The notes under the pieces are model-generated. The model was not told the origin of the DNA, searched no databases, and worked only from the letters and a program-made list of their open reading frames with translations. Below, in pieces: positions 12,863 to 22,410 of a stretch of DNA of 46,022 bases. Source of the DNA: a virus. Within the stretch, counting starts at the first letter, position 1. The number at the start of each line of letters is the position of its first letter. A program made the position numbers and the translations under genes. The DNA lies in IMG/VR virus record IMGVR_UViG_3300045988_121238; one strand, written 5' to 3'.

Positions 12863-15318
12863 CAATCAGAATCACATCTCAGATCGTAAAAGCGGATCCG
12901 CTGGACACTTATTCGATCGTGGATTTGGACGACGTCAAAGGTGCTGACGCCTTAAAGCAGGACGTGAAGGCCGCAGCGAAAACCGCTGCGGATGCCGCAA
13001 CTGAAGCAGGGAACGCCTCAAAAGCGCTTGCTCAGGTGAACGAAGGGTTGCGCGTGGTGCAAAGTAACCTCAATCTCAAGCCTGATGGCGTGCACATTGA
13101 AGACAGGCACGGAAACGCATATGACGATGTTACAGCTTTGAATTTCGGATCTGAAAACGTCACAATCACGGACGTTCAGCGGGACAATGCGAACATCGTC
13201 ATTGACACTCTTTTGACCGTTTCGAATGGTCAAGAGCCTGACTCCGTTTCGATGACGGGAAAGGTTTTGGAGTTTCCTGATGCCACGCTGACGATGCGTG
13301 ACCCGCAGGGGGCGAAGGTAATTGTCATATCCCAAAAGACGCAAGACGACCAAAAAACGCCGATCATCATCGACAACCAAGCAGCTGATTTCTCTATCGC
13401 GGGCGTGAAAAAGATCGAACTGCCAACAACGGAAATTTTGGCAAAAGGCGGCGGCGTGTATGCGCTCACGCCATACATCACAGTAGGCCAACAGGAAGGC
13501 GGCACGGGCGACGTGTTGGCTAGAAGAATTACAGCGCAATATCCGTTGCAAGTTCAAAAGCAATCTGGCGGCACGGCAGTCGTCGGCATTGATCCTGCTT
13601 TTTTGGAAAAGGAGCATGTCAGCTATTACGCATATTTAGATCAGGAAGAAGGAATCTCACCAAAGCGAAAATCAATCGGTGATGCTTCTTTGTGGTTCGA
13701 CGATAGTGCGGTTCAGGCGGGGGCATTCGTTGAAATTGATCGAGATCAGAAACTTATCGGCATTCAGGAAACCGATAACAAAGACCCGAACATAACCGGC
13801 GGTTCGTCTTTTCTTGTCATTTTCCGCGTCGCAATGCGCGGCACGGCACCAGAAGACGGTGCGGTAAAAATCTACCTCGAAGAGTTTGACCAATTGCGCC
13901 GCCCGGTAGGGATATTGGAGGACGAAAACGGGAAGCCGTGCGGTGTTGAGCGTGTATACAAGTCAGGCGAGGAATTGGGCGTTTTGGAAGTCGTCCGAGT
14001 CGTGAAGGCGAAGGCCATAACGTACATCGGCTTCCGCGTCTCGAATCCTTTTGCGGACCCGATTTTTATCGGCGATCGCACAGAGGGCAATTCTTGCATT
14101 GTCGTTCAGGAAATCAGCTCTCAGCAACGGACGGGGTTGGGATTTTTGCAGTTCGAAAACGACACTGCGCAGAATATCCCGTTTACGAGGCATTATCTCG
14201 GTGCCGCTCATGCAACGATTGCCGCGCTTGTCTCCAAAGATATTCCAACCCAAGAAGGAAATGCTGGAGAGTCTTATACGCTGGCGGACGGATGGGGTGC
14301 GAGCAACAGAACGAAGCTAAAGATTGGCGTTTCTGGCGGCGCAATCGTGGTGTCTTCCGTTAGCTCTGAAATGGCAGACTTCACGATCCACAAAATCTTC
14401 AGTGCAGAAGATTCCGTCCTCATGCGCGGCAAGCAGGAGCGCGTCACGGTCACGACCGAAAACAGGGACGGCGCGTTTATCCTTTTGGGGATGGTGTGGA
14501 CAGGCAGGCCTGACGAAGCAACGACTGAAATTCTTGTGAATCGAAACAACGACTCGCCGATTTTTGCTCCGAATTGGGCGGAATTTGATCGAGCGTTCAT
14601 TGGCGAAAACGCTCTTACAGATTCGACGGTATCGCACGTTTTCACGGTTCCCGCAAACGCAAATCAGTATGCCTACGTTCTGATCCCGAATTCAGAGCAC
14701 AGCCCGATAAATCTGAAAGTGAAACAGTTTGTCTGCGATGTTGTGAATCCTTTTGAATCGCATATCGTGCATCGTCCGAAGCTGATCGAAACCATGATGC
14801 GAAAGGAGGATGAGTTTTGGGAATTCGCTCAAGATAATCAGGGGTATTTTTCTTTAAGATACACCGTCAACGCGGATTGGATTCCCTGCCCCATTGGATT
14901 GCTGAAAAAGGGATCAAGCTTGCTAAAGCTGGATGCATCTAAAATGATCATCGCTGGCTCCGCTGCAAAGGGTGGAGAGGGTGCGATCATTTTCCCTAAT
15001 GCCGGCAAAGTTACGATGTCCGTATCTTTCTTAGTTTTGAACGAGCAGCGCACCGACTCGGAATTTAGCGCGCGTCTTGTCAAGGTTGCCGACAACGGAG
15101 CGGTGACCCCGATCGCAGGCGGTGATTTGCGTGTGAAGATTGCGGCAGGTTCTAAGGGCTCGATCGTGAACCTTAAGGCGGACACGTTCGACGTTTCGGA
15201 TGGTGACTGCGTTGGCATTCAAATCAAGAGCGACAAGGTAGACGGGTGCTTCATTGAAAGCACGACACCGTCACAACCGCTGGCTTTGACGACAATCGAA
15301 TATGTGAGAATTGTGTAA
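12859..15318 (+). CDS. Large (819 aa) virion-associated protein of unknown function
   Basis: ATGA-coupled to the fibre gene. The N-terminus has a fibre-like Ala/Lys coiled segment. No catalytic motif recognised. Confidence 0.5.
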   Translation: MTIRITSQIVKADPLDTYSIVDLDDVKGADALKQDVKAAAKTAADAATEAGNASKALAQVNEGLRVVQSNLNLKPDGVHIEDRHGNAYDDVTALNFGSENVTITDVQRDNANIVIDTLLTVSNGQEPDSVSMTGKVLEFPDATLTMRDPQGAKVIVISQKTQDDQKTPIIIDNQAADFSIAGVKKIELPTTEILAKGGGVYALTPYITVGQQEGGTGDVLARRITAQYPLQVQKQSGGTAVVGIDPAFLEKEHVSYYAYLDQEEGISPKRKSIGDASLWFDDSAVQAGAFVEIDRDQKLIGIQETDNKDPNITGGSSFLVIFRVAMRGTAPEDGAVKIYLEEFDQLRRPVGILEDENGKPCGVERVYKSGEELGVLEVVRVVKAKAITYIGFRVSNPFADPIFIGDRTEGNSCIVVQEISSQQRTGLGFLQFENDTAQNIPFTRHYLGAAHATIAALVSKDIPTQEGNAGESYTLADGWGASNRTKLKIGVSGGAIVVSSVSSEMADFTIHKIFSAEDSVLMRGKQERVTVTTENRDGAFILLGMVWTGRPDEATTEILVNRNNDSPIFAPNWAEFDRAFIGENALTDSTVSHVFTVPANANQYAYVLIPNSEHSPINLKVKQFVCDVVNPFESHIVHRPKLIETMMRKEDEFWEFAQDNQGYFSLRYTVNADWIPCPIGLLKKGSSLLKLDASKMIIAGSAAKGGEGAIIFPNAGKVTMSVSFLVLNEQRTDSEFSARLVKVADNGAVTPIAGGDLRVKIAAGSKGSIVNLKADTFDVSDGDCVGIQIKSDKVDGCFIESTTPSQPLALTTIEYVRIV

Positions 15319-15328
15319 AGGGGGTTTT

Positions 15329-15751
15329 ATGAAAATCACGGAGGAAGTGATTACGGATTTTCGACGCTTCCTCCCCGCTTTTTCGGATTCATCGAAGTGG
15401 GGAGCGGACGCCATCATTCTTCAGCTCGTTGAAGCGGACGCAATGACCGGCGGGAGCTGCTGGGGAGCTTTTGATATTGATGAGGATCGAAATCTGAAAA
15501 AGCGGGGAATGTACTACCTGGCCGCGCATTATCTGGTTTCATTCTGGGGAGACTTTGGCACGTCTGACCCGTCTAAGATCAAGCCTGATGCTCGTTTGAA
15601 TGTTTCAAGCAAACAGGTCGGCGACATGAGCGTGACGTATCGAATTTCGGAGATGGAGCCGACAGTGACCGATTTTCTTTCGACTACTTTGTACGGCACC
15701 AAATACCTCGAACTTCGAAAGATTGCATGTTGCAATATCGTGGCGGTATGA
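15329..15751 (+). CDS. Head-tail adaptor (DUF4054-like)
   Basis: ...FRRFLPAFSD....ADAIILQLVEADA...YYLAAHYLV pattern and position before the neck genes. Confidence 0.55.
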   Translation: MKITEEVITDFRRFLPAFSDSSKWGADAIILQLVEADAMTGGSCWGAFDIDEDRNLKKRGMYYLAAHYLVSFWGDFGTSDPSKIKPDARLNVSSKQVGDMSVTYRISEMEPTVTDFLSTTLYGTKYLELRKIACCNIVAV

Positions 15752-15752
15752 C

Positions 15753-16217
15753 ATGGGCGTGACTCTGAAAGTGACCGGCATTGAGCGTGCGGTCAGAGAC
15801 ATCAAGAAGGCATTGGACGCCTACAAGGGAGGCAGGATTTATGCCACCATTGGCGTGCACAGTGATGCAAAGCCTGAAGAAAACGGAGAAAGCACAGCCG
15901 TTGTTGCGGCGGCAAACCATTACGGTACAGGCAAGATTCCTGCTCGTCCGTTTTTGGACAAGGGGGTTGAGCGGGAGCGCGAGGCTATTGCGACAGACGT
16001 TGCAAAAGCGCTAGCGGCCGGCAAGCGTCCGGAAGAGGCTATCGCACGAGCGGCATTACTGGCTGTTCGCGGCGTGCAGAAACAAATTGATGAAACGCTT
16101 TCCCCTCCGAATTCTCCAAGAACGATAGCAATAAAGGGTTCTTCACACCCCTTGATCGACACCGGAAACATGCGACGGTCAATTGCCTACAAACTTTATG
16201 ACAAGAGGCAAAAATAA
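15753..16217 (+). CDS. HK97-gp10-like head-tail joining / tail completion protein
   Basis: ...AAANHYGTGKIPARPFL... and ...HPLIDTGNMRRSIAYKL are typical of the gp10 family. Confidence 0.6.
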   Translation: MGVTLKVTGIERAVRDIKKALDAYKGGRIYATIGVHSDAKPEENGESTAVVAAANHYGTGKIPARPFLDKGVEREREAIATDVAKALAAGKRPEEAIARAALLAVRGVQKQIDETLSPPNSPRTIAIKGSSHPLIDTGNMRRSIAYKLYDKRQK

Positions 16218-16567
16218 TGAGCGTTTTTGAAATGAACGGCGAAATCGACAATGATTTCACCACAACGCAAGTTGTTCACATCAAAGAAGGCGGCGAGTAT
16301 GTCGACGGGGTTTTTGTTTCTCGTGAAGCAGGCAGGGAAACGTTTTCGGCATGTATTCAACCTTTGAGCAACCGTGAACTTGCATTTCTCGAAAACGGTG
16401 GTGAGAGAATTTCGGATGCTCGAAAGCTGTACATAACGCAGCCAATCATCGGAATCGACTTGCGTAGCAGATTCGAGTTTTTCGGACAGGTGTGGAAGGT
16501 TTTCGAGTTTGACTCTCGGCCGGAAAACACCTATTACAAGATCATTGTTGCGAGGGTGGACGACTGA
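16217..16567 (+). CDS. Hypothetical neck protein
   Basis: Translationally coupled (TAATG). Sits between the adaptor genes and the sheath. Confidence 0.4.
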   Translation: MSVFEMNGEIDNDFTTTQVVHIKEGGEYVDGVFVSREAGRETFSACIQPLSNRELAFLENGGERISDARKLYITQPIIGIDLRSRFEFFGQVWKVFEFDSRPENTYYKIIVARVDD

Positions 16568-17094
16568 TGAGCACTGAAATTTTCGGAGCAGTCAAGAAAG
16601 TCATTGAGCGGATTGTCGGGGTTCCTGCTTTCTCGGCAAACCAAAACGACATCGCTCCGCGCGGCGCTTATGCAACGATTTTGGTGATGCAAAGTGCCGT
16701 TGCGACTTCGCGCGGAGCGGTGCGTCAAAAGATTATCAACGACGGAAACGACGCGATTGTCACGGCTCGATATCCAGTGACATGGACGGTCACAATCAAC
16801 TTCTGGCGCGGGAAGGCGATTGAGAATGCAGCGCGGATGCTCAACATCTTTTATCTTCCCGCGACTTCGGATGAGCTTTTTGCAAAAGGCATCGGCCTTG
16901 TGAATTGCTCAAACGTACAAAACCTCACGACGTTGCAGTCAAAGAGTTTCGAAGAGCGCGCCGTCATCACTTTGACGCTGACGACGTTCGAGGAAATTTC
17001 GGAACAGGTCGGCGTGATTCGCAAATTTAGCATTTCTGTTGGAAACGAAGACGGTAAAGAGCTTGCCAAAGACCCGACAGACGAAACGGTTTAA
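16567..17094 (+). CDS. Hypothetical neck / tail-terminator-position protein
   Basis: ATGA-coupled. Immediately upstream of the sheath gene. Confidence 0.4.
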   Translation: MSTEIFGAVKKVIERIVGVPAFSANQNDIAPRGAYATILVMQSAVATSRGAVRQKIINDGNDAIVTARYPVTWTVTINFWRGKAIENAARMLNIFYLPATSDELFAKGIGLVNCSNVQNLTTLQSKSFEERAVITLTLTTFEEISEQVGVIRKFSISVGNEDGKELAKDPTDETV

Positions 17095-17129
17095 AATTCG
17101 AATAGCCATTTTTAAGGAGCTTCAAAAAA

Positions 17130-18269
17130 ATGTCTTATCCTGCATCGAAAGTCATTCGGGTCAACACTCGAATCTCTCCGCAGGGACTGAGCACGGCGAA
17201 CTTCGGTTCTGCAGTGCTGATTGTCCCGAAAACCGACGCGACCAGCCTCTCGAAAGATACCTTCAAGACGTATTCCGACGTTCAGGGTGTGGCGGCCGAC
17301 TTTGCTGAAACCACCGAGTCTTACAAGGTCGCGAGCGCTTGGCTTGGTGGAACCCCTGCCATTTCCAGCCTCATGATCTGGGTGCGCGATTCTGATGACG
17401 CATCTTGGGCTGACACGCTCAACAAGATTCGCAACAAGGTTTGGTGGTACTGGACGTTTGTCACGTCTGCAACTTATGAGCAGGCAGAAGACGTCAAGCA
17501 GATTGCCGCATGGTGCGAAACCAACGCGTCGATGTTCGTCAACTGTCAGACTGGTGCCGCCGCTACGTCGATTCGTGACGAGCTGGAAGATTCGGATATC
17601 GCTTCCGCCTTGACGAAGTTGGGCTATCGCCATTGCTTCACTGCGGCGCACGCAACGGACTCCTATTCGGGCATCTATCTCGCAAAGCATTTCGCACGAG
17701 TCAATTACTCGGCAGACAAATCGACGATTACGGGCGAATACAAAAAGTCGCCCGGCCTTGCCGCTGAAACGCTCGAAGCGACTGCATACGCGGCGATGGC
17801 AAAGGACACCAAGAAGGTGACCTTCTACAGCGTCGTTGATTTGCAAGGCTCGAACGACACGGGGCGCTGGCTGAATACGTGGACGCACTCGACTTACGGC
17901 GAGTGGATCGACGACGTGGTAAACCTCGACGCCTTCATCAACGCGATTCAGGTAGGCATTTACAACATGATCGCCAACCAACCGACGAAGCTGTTGCAGA
18001 CGACGACGGGGCAAGCGATGGTGATTGCTGCTGCCCGCGCTGTTTGCGAGCAGTACATTTCGAACGGGTTCCTCGGTGAACGCAATTACACCGACCCGGA
18101 CGATGCACAGGAAAAGTACACTCGCGGCTTTGAAATCTTGACGCGTCCTGAAGACATTTTGAACCTGAGCACGTCCGACCGAGCTAATCGCAAGTGCGCT
18201 CCCGTTCGCATTCGTGTTTTCCGCGCGGGCGCAATCCACACTGCCGACATCGACATCGATGTTTACTGA
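17130..18269 (+). CDS. Tail sheath protein (DUF3383-like)
   Basis: 379 aa. N-terminus MSYPASKVIRVNTRISPQGLSTANFGSAVLI resembles DUF3383 sheath proteins. Followed by tube and chaperone genes. Confidence 0.7.
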   Translation: MSYPASKVIRVNTRISPQGLSTANFGSAVLIVPKTDATSLSKDTFKTYSDVQGVAADFAETTESYKVASAWLGGTPAISSLMIWVRDSDDASWADTLNKIRNKVWWYWTFVTSATYEQAEDVKQIAAWCETNASMFVNCQTGAAATSIRDELEDSDIASALTKLGYRHCFTAAHATDSYSGIYLAKHFARVNYSADKSTITGEYKKSPGLAAETLEATAYAAMAKDTKKVTFYSVVDLQGSNDTGRWLNTWTHSTYGEWIDDVVNLDAFINAIQVGIYNMIANQPTKLLQTTTGQAMVIAAARAVCEQYISNGFLGERNYTDPDDAQEKYTRGFEILTRPEDILNLSTSDRANRKCAPVRIRVFRAGAIHTADIDIDVY

Positions 18270-18281
18270 TAGAGGTTAAAG

Positions 18282-18704
18282 ATGGCTGTTACAAAGGCTT
18301 TTACTGTTTCCAACACGGTCGTCACGGTTAACGGTCGGCAAATCACTGACTGGGGTGCTGACGGCTCTGGGATTTCTGAGGAAGCGATCAATCCGAAGCG
18401 TCGGTTGCTTCAGGGTCAGGGCGGTAATGCTTTGATCCTTGAACGAATCGCCCCCGGTCGTCGCGTGACGATCAAGGTGCGCTCTGGTTCTGCCGACTCC
18501 GCTTTCCTGCATGGTTTGTATGCGTCTGGTGCAATCATCACCTATACGCGATCTCAGGTTGGTGCGCTTGAAACCGCAGTCGGCACCGAAGGCATCATTT
18601 TGAGTGAAGAAGCTGTTTCTCGCGTCAATGTCGACAGCATTTCGGACGACACTTTCGTGATGGAATTCAATCTGTGGGATTCCATCAAGGGAGGTGAGTC
18701 GTAA
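18282..18704 (+). CDS. Tail tube protein (DUF3277-like)
   Basis: 140 aa directly after the sheath gene. AGAGGT precedes the ATG. Confidence 0.6.
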   Translation: MAVTKAFTVSNTVVTVNGRQITDWGADGSGISEEAINPKRRLLQGQGGNALILERIAPGRRVTIKVRSGSADSAFLHGLYASGAIITYTRSQVGALETAVGTEGIILSEEAVSRVNVDSISDDTFVMEFNLWDSIKGGES

Positions 18705-19096
18705 TGCAGACTCGCGTTTTTGAAATCGGAGAAAAGCGCTACGATGTGGCGATGGCGTCTGCCGTCAAGCAGGATGAGCTTTTAAGCATTCTTTCTCGCC
18801 ATATGGTGATTGCTTCGAGCGTCGCCAAGCAGCAGGGAACTGAGTTGAATGAAAACTCTGTTCTTATCGCTGTTATGGCGTTTCCGGTCGACATCAAGAA
18901 AAAGATTGTCGACATTGTGACGGAAATGGCAATCGAGGTCGGAACCACGAATCGGGTGAGCGTGAAGGATTTCGCGGGCAAGATGGTCGAGTGGAATCTT
19001 TTTATCGCAAGACTCATCATGTGGAACCTTGCCGATTTTTTCGAGCTGTTAGCTTCCGCCGCCCTAGAAAAGTCGTTGCGCGAGAAGCAGGGCTAA
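18704..19096 (+). CDS. Tail assembly chaperone (G-like, 0-frame product)
   Basis: Located between the tube and tape-measure genes. A -1-frame ORF overlaps its 3' end. Confidence 0.65.
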   Translation: MQTRVFEIGEKRYDVAMASAVKQDELLSILSRHMVIASSVAKQQGTELNENSVLIAVMAFPVDIKKKIVDIVTEMAIEVGTTNRVSVKDFAGKMVEWNLFIARLIMWNLADFFELLASAALEKSLREKQG

Positions 19097-19266
19097 AAAG
19101 TGCGGTCAATTGGTATTTGATGCAACCTTGCATCGGATTGCCAAGGTTTGGCGTTCCGCCTTTTTGCACATGGAAGGAGCTAAACGACGGCACGTATTCG
19201 CTTGCTGATGTTGAACTTTTTCATCAGACAATGATGGAAATCGAAGACATTGCTAATGCGAAATGA
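19036..19266 (+). other. Programmed -1 frameshift site (T TTT TTC at 19036-19042) and GT-like extension to 19266
   Basis: In the zero frame the codons read gaT TTT TTC. The -1 frame is open from 18991 to 19266 and encodes ...TWKELNDGTYSLADVELFHQTMMEIEDIANAK. This matches the canonical G/GT position. Confidence 0.55.
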
Positions 19267-19314
19267 ATAAATGCCCATGCCTAGCGGTGTGGGCATTTTC
19301 TTTGATGGTGAAAG

Positions 19315-20610
19315 ATGAACATTGCTGATTTTGTTGTCGGCCTTGGGTTTGATACGTCTGACTTTGAAAAGGGCTCTCGCAAGGTTTCGACAGATTTGAC
19401 AGGCTTGCGCTCGGACATTTTGCAGGTCGGCGCAACGCTTGCCGGGGCGTTTGGGGGTAAGGCGCTCACAATCGACTTTGCGAATACTAACGACAAGTTG
19501 CGGCAGGTCGCAGAAGGTCTAGGGATCACGACGAGCGCGCTTTACGGTATGAATGAAGCGGCCAAGTCGTTCGGTGCGCGTGAAGGCGAAATGGCCTCTC
19601 TTTTGAGCACGCTCACGAGCATGAAGACTAGATTTAATGAACTTGGCGAGCTTGGCGCGTTCGAAGAACTCGCGAAACTTGGGGTAGACATCGACCGACT
19701 GACTGGTGCAAAAGACAGTGTTAGCGCAATGCTCGCGTTGTCCGACGAGTTGGCTAAGTTGTCAACGTCGAGGAGATTTGAAGCTGCATCGGTTCTCGGC
19801 ATCAGTATGCAGACGCTTGACCTGCTTTCGAACGGTAGCAAGTCTGTGAGAGATCTGTCTAAAGCCTACCAAGATGCCAGGCCGCACACAGAGGCAATGG
19901 CGGACGTTTCTCGCCTCCTGATTGCCCAGTGGAATGAGCTGACCGAGCGAGTCGGCGGTCGTGCAGATCGTTTGTCCACGCCGTTGGTCGCGGCACTGGC
20001 AGACATCACAGGCGGGATGAACGACTGGCTTGAAGCCAATCAAGCGCTGATCGATCAAAATATTGACGCGGTCATCAAGGCGATTTCCGATAACTTCAAC
20101 ATCCTCGCTCCTGTCGCTGTTGCGGTGGCAGGCAGCGGACTTGCATCGACGTTCGCAGGTCTGGCAAAGAGCGTGCCGATTGTCGGCGGTGCAATGGCCA
20201 CCGTGGCCGCGTCGCTTGGCAAGGTCGCTGGTTTGGCAGGGGCTATCGGCCTGGCCGCCGAACTGTGGGACTGGGATGCTAAAAAGCTCGAAGAAAAAAC
20301 AGGAATCAAGTTGCCAGACTGGGTTTTCAAGCCTATCGGAGAGTTGATCGACGACATGGGGACTACTGTCGATGAGCGCGGGAACAACGCTTACGAACCT
20401 ATCGATGAGCGCAGGAACAACGCTTACGAACAAATGAGGAATACTGGCATTTCAAGCAAGGGCACGACGGTTGTTCAAAGGGAGGTCAACGGACGAATCG
20501 AGAACAACATCTATATCGACGGTAAACTTGTGACGAAACAGGTTGTCGACAATCTGAACTTCGCACTTGAAGAAAGCGAATCAAACGCAACATCAACGGA
20601 GGAAAGGTGA
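19315..20610 (+). CDS. Tape measure protein
   Basis: 431 aa, Ala/Gly/Leu-rich with hydrophobic segments (AVAVAGSGLASTFAGLAKSVPIVGGAMATVAASLGKVAGLAGAIGLAA). Follows the chaperone pair. Confidence 0.8.
   Translation: MNIADFVVGLGFDTSDFEKGSRKVSTDLTGLRSDILQVGATLAGAFGGKALTIDFANTNDKLRQVAEGLGITTSALYGMNEAAKSFGAREGEMASLLSTLTSMKTRFNELGELGAFEELAKLGVDIDRLTGAKDSVSAMLALSDELAKLSTSRRFEAASVLGISMQTLDLLSNGSKSVRDLSKAYQDARPHTEAMADVSRLLIAQWNELTERVGGRADRLSTPLVAALADITGGMNDWLEANQALIDQNIDAVIKAISDNFNILAPVAVAVAGSGLASTFAGLAKSVPIVGGAMATVAASLGKVAGLAGAIGLAAELWDWDAKKLEEKTGIKLPDWVFKPIGELIDDMGTTVDERGNNAYEPIDERRNNAYEQMRNTGISSKGTTVVQREVNGRIENNIYIDGKLVTKQVVDNLNFALEESESNATSTEER
20368..20433. repeat. 33-bp tandem duplication inside the tape measure gene
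   Basis: GTCGATGAGCGCGGGAACAACGCTTACGAACCT / ATCGATGAGCGCAGGAACAACGCTTACGAACAA (VDERGNNAYEP / IDERRNNAYEQ). Confidence 0.85.
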
Positions 20611-20611
20611 G

Positions 20612-21268
20612 ATGAGTCTATTGACGCTTTTGACGCGCGAGCCTCCGCAAATTTGCGGATATACGTTTGACGCCGTGCTCGAAGACGAGCTTGAATTTGG
20701 GGTCGAGATTCCGACATATCCCGTTGAAAACGGAGCGGAGATTTCCGATCATCGAATCATCTTGCCTGCCAAGTATCGCATCATCATCATGATGACGAAC
20801 ACGCCGCTTTCGCAAAGCCTGCTTGGATTTGCTGGGTCGATGGCGGGCGGCTTGGTGTCGAATTTGACGGACAATCCTGTCATCGCAGCAGTTGCCGGTA
20901 TGAGTGCAGGCTTTCTTGCGTCGTCCAGTGGCACACGTTCGTCAACCGCACTGGAGCAACTTATCGGCATCATGGAGTACGGCAAGCCTTTTGACGTGCA
21001 GTGCGGCGACATCACGCTAAAGAACATGGTCATAACCAAGATCACGCGCCGCAAGACTCCTGAAAATGAACGCGGGCTTGAGGCTGTGCTTGATTTGCAG
21101 GAGTATGTGTCTTTGGATCGAATCACGCAGGAAGGCGCGCCGAAGCACACGCAGATGCGTCCTGATAGCGTCGAGGCAGCTTCGTGCTCTTCGGTTGTGA
21201 GCAAAGGCGTTGCAAGCGTGAAAGAATTGGGCGCAAGTGCGGTTGACAAAGTGAAGGGGCTTTTCTGA
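20612..21268 (+). CDS. Tail/baseplate assembly protein (function unclear)
   Basis: Located directly after the tape measure gene. ...YTFDAVLEDELEFGVEIPTYPVENGAEISDH... Confidence 0.4.
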   Translation: MSLLTLLTREPPQICGYTFDAVLEDELEFGVEIPTYPVENGAEISDHRIILPAKYRIIIMMTNTPLSQSLLGFAGSMAGGLVSNLTDNPVIAAVAGMSAGFLASSSGTRSSTALEQLIGIMEYGKPFDVQCGDITLKNMVITKITRRKTPENERGLEAVLDLQEYVSLDRITQEGAPKHTQMRPDSVEAASCSSVVSKGVASVKELGASAVDKVKGLF

Positions 21269-21588
21269 TGGTTGAAATTCCTTTGGTCGGTGGTGCGGGA
21301 AATACGCATCAGACTTTTTCTGCAATTCTCGGCGGCGTAGAGTTGTCTTTTAAATTGGATTATCTTGCATACCTTGAAAGTCCGGCTTGGAATATGACTT
21401 TGGGCAAGGGAAATGAGGTTCTTGTCGAAGGGCTTTTGCTCAAGTGTGGGTGCGACATGCTTGCACCATATCAGTTCGGATTGGGCGCGTTGGTTTTGGC
21501 TGGAAACGATCCAACGATGAATAATTTGGGCGTGGAAAACACGCTTTACTGGTTGAGCGAAGATGAGAAAGTTCAGCTTAAGGATTGA
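21268..21588 (+). CDS. Hypothetical baseplate-module protein
   Basis: ATGA-coupled, 106 aa. Confidence 0.4.
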   Translation: MVEIPLVGGAGNTHQTFSAILGGVELSFKLDYLAYLESPAWNMTLGKGNEVLVEGLLLKCGCDMLAPYQFGLGALVLAGNDPTMNNLGVENTLYWLSEDEKVQLKD

Positions 21589-22408
21589 CGGAAAGGACTT
21601 TATCGTCCACAACGAATATCGGCAATTTCGTGTGACGTTCTTCTCAAGAATGCGCTATACGGATCGTTTGTCGTTTCTTGATCTTGCGATTTACAACTTA
21701 TCCAGAGACACCGCAATCGACCAAGGAGCAGAGATTGAATTTTCGGCTGGATATGAAGAGGAGTTCGATCGAATTTTCAAGGGAAAAATTGTCACGGTTT
21801 TGAAGGAACGCGACGGCGCAAACATCGTTACTCGACTACTTTGCCGTTCAGGGGCTTCGGATGCAAGACCGTCCATCGATGTGTCGCTTGGCGCAGGCGC
21901 GACGGCTGTGCAGGCTTTGCAGGCTTGCGCTACTGCATGGGGGCTTGCGCTGAGCATAGATGAGCAGCAATTCAAAGATGCGCCAGTTTTTACGCGAGGA
22001 TACTCGCTAAACGGAGACATTCCAAAGGTCTTAAATGCCTTGGCTTCGCAAATCGGTTTTCAGTGGTTGTCTACATCAGACACGCTGTACGTCGACAGGA
22101 ACGACAAGCCAACCGCAGGCGATCCGCGAGAAGTGTCGTTGTTTACTGGCATGATCGGTGTTCCCGAGGCCGAGGGCGATGTTAAGGGTATTTTCGTTCG
22201 AGTCACGATGCGGCTTTCTCCTCGCATGCGCATCCGAACAAACATTGAGCTGAAAAGCGAGTATGCCTCTTACTCGACTGGAAACTTCTACATCGTTCCT
22301 CCCGAAAACGGTGGGAAAATGTCAGGCGTCTACAAGGTTGTTGAGGTTTTGCATCGTGGCGATTCGCTTGGAGACAAGTGGGAAACTGAAATCAGAGGTC
22401 AAAAGTAA
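21563..22408 (+). CDS. Putative baseplate hub protein (gpD-like position)
   Basis: 281 aa upstream of the spike gene. ...EEEFDRIFKGKIVTV... hub-like segment. Assigned mostly by position. Confidence 0.4.
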   Translation: MRKFSLRIDGKDFIVHNEYRQFRVTFFSRMRYTDRLSFLDLAIYNLSRDTAIDQGAEIEFSAGYEEEFDRIFKGKIVTVLKERDGANIVTRLLCRSGASDARPSIDVSLGAGATAVQALQACATAWGLALSIDEQQFKDAPVFTRGYSLNGDIPKVLNALASQIGFQWLSTSDTLYVDRNDKPTAGDPREVSLFTGMIGVPEAEGDVKGIFVRVTMRLSPRMRIRTNIELKSEYASYSTGNFYIVPPENGGKMSGVYKVVEVLHRGDSLGDKWETEIRGQK

Positions 22409-22410
22409 TC

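Noticed and set aside
17112-18239. 375-aa minus-strand ORF opposite the tail sheath gene. Similar cases: 4078..4689, 13018..13617, 19762..20433, 20749..21612, 27314..28189, 31356..32246, 33705..34298.
   Set aside because: Same reasoning: low-complexity shadow frames opposite well-supported plus-strand genes, with no start context.
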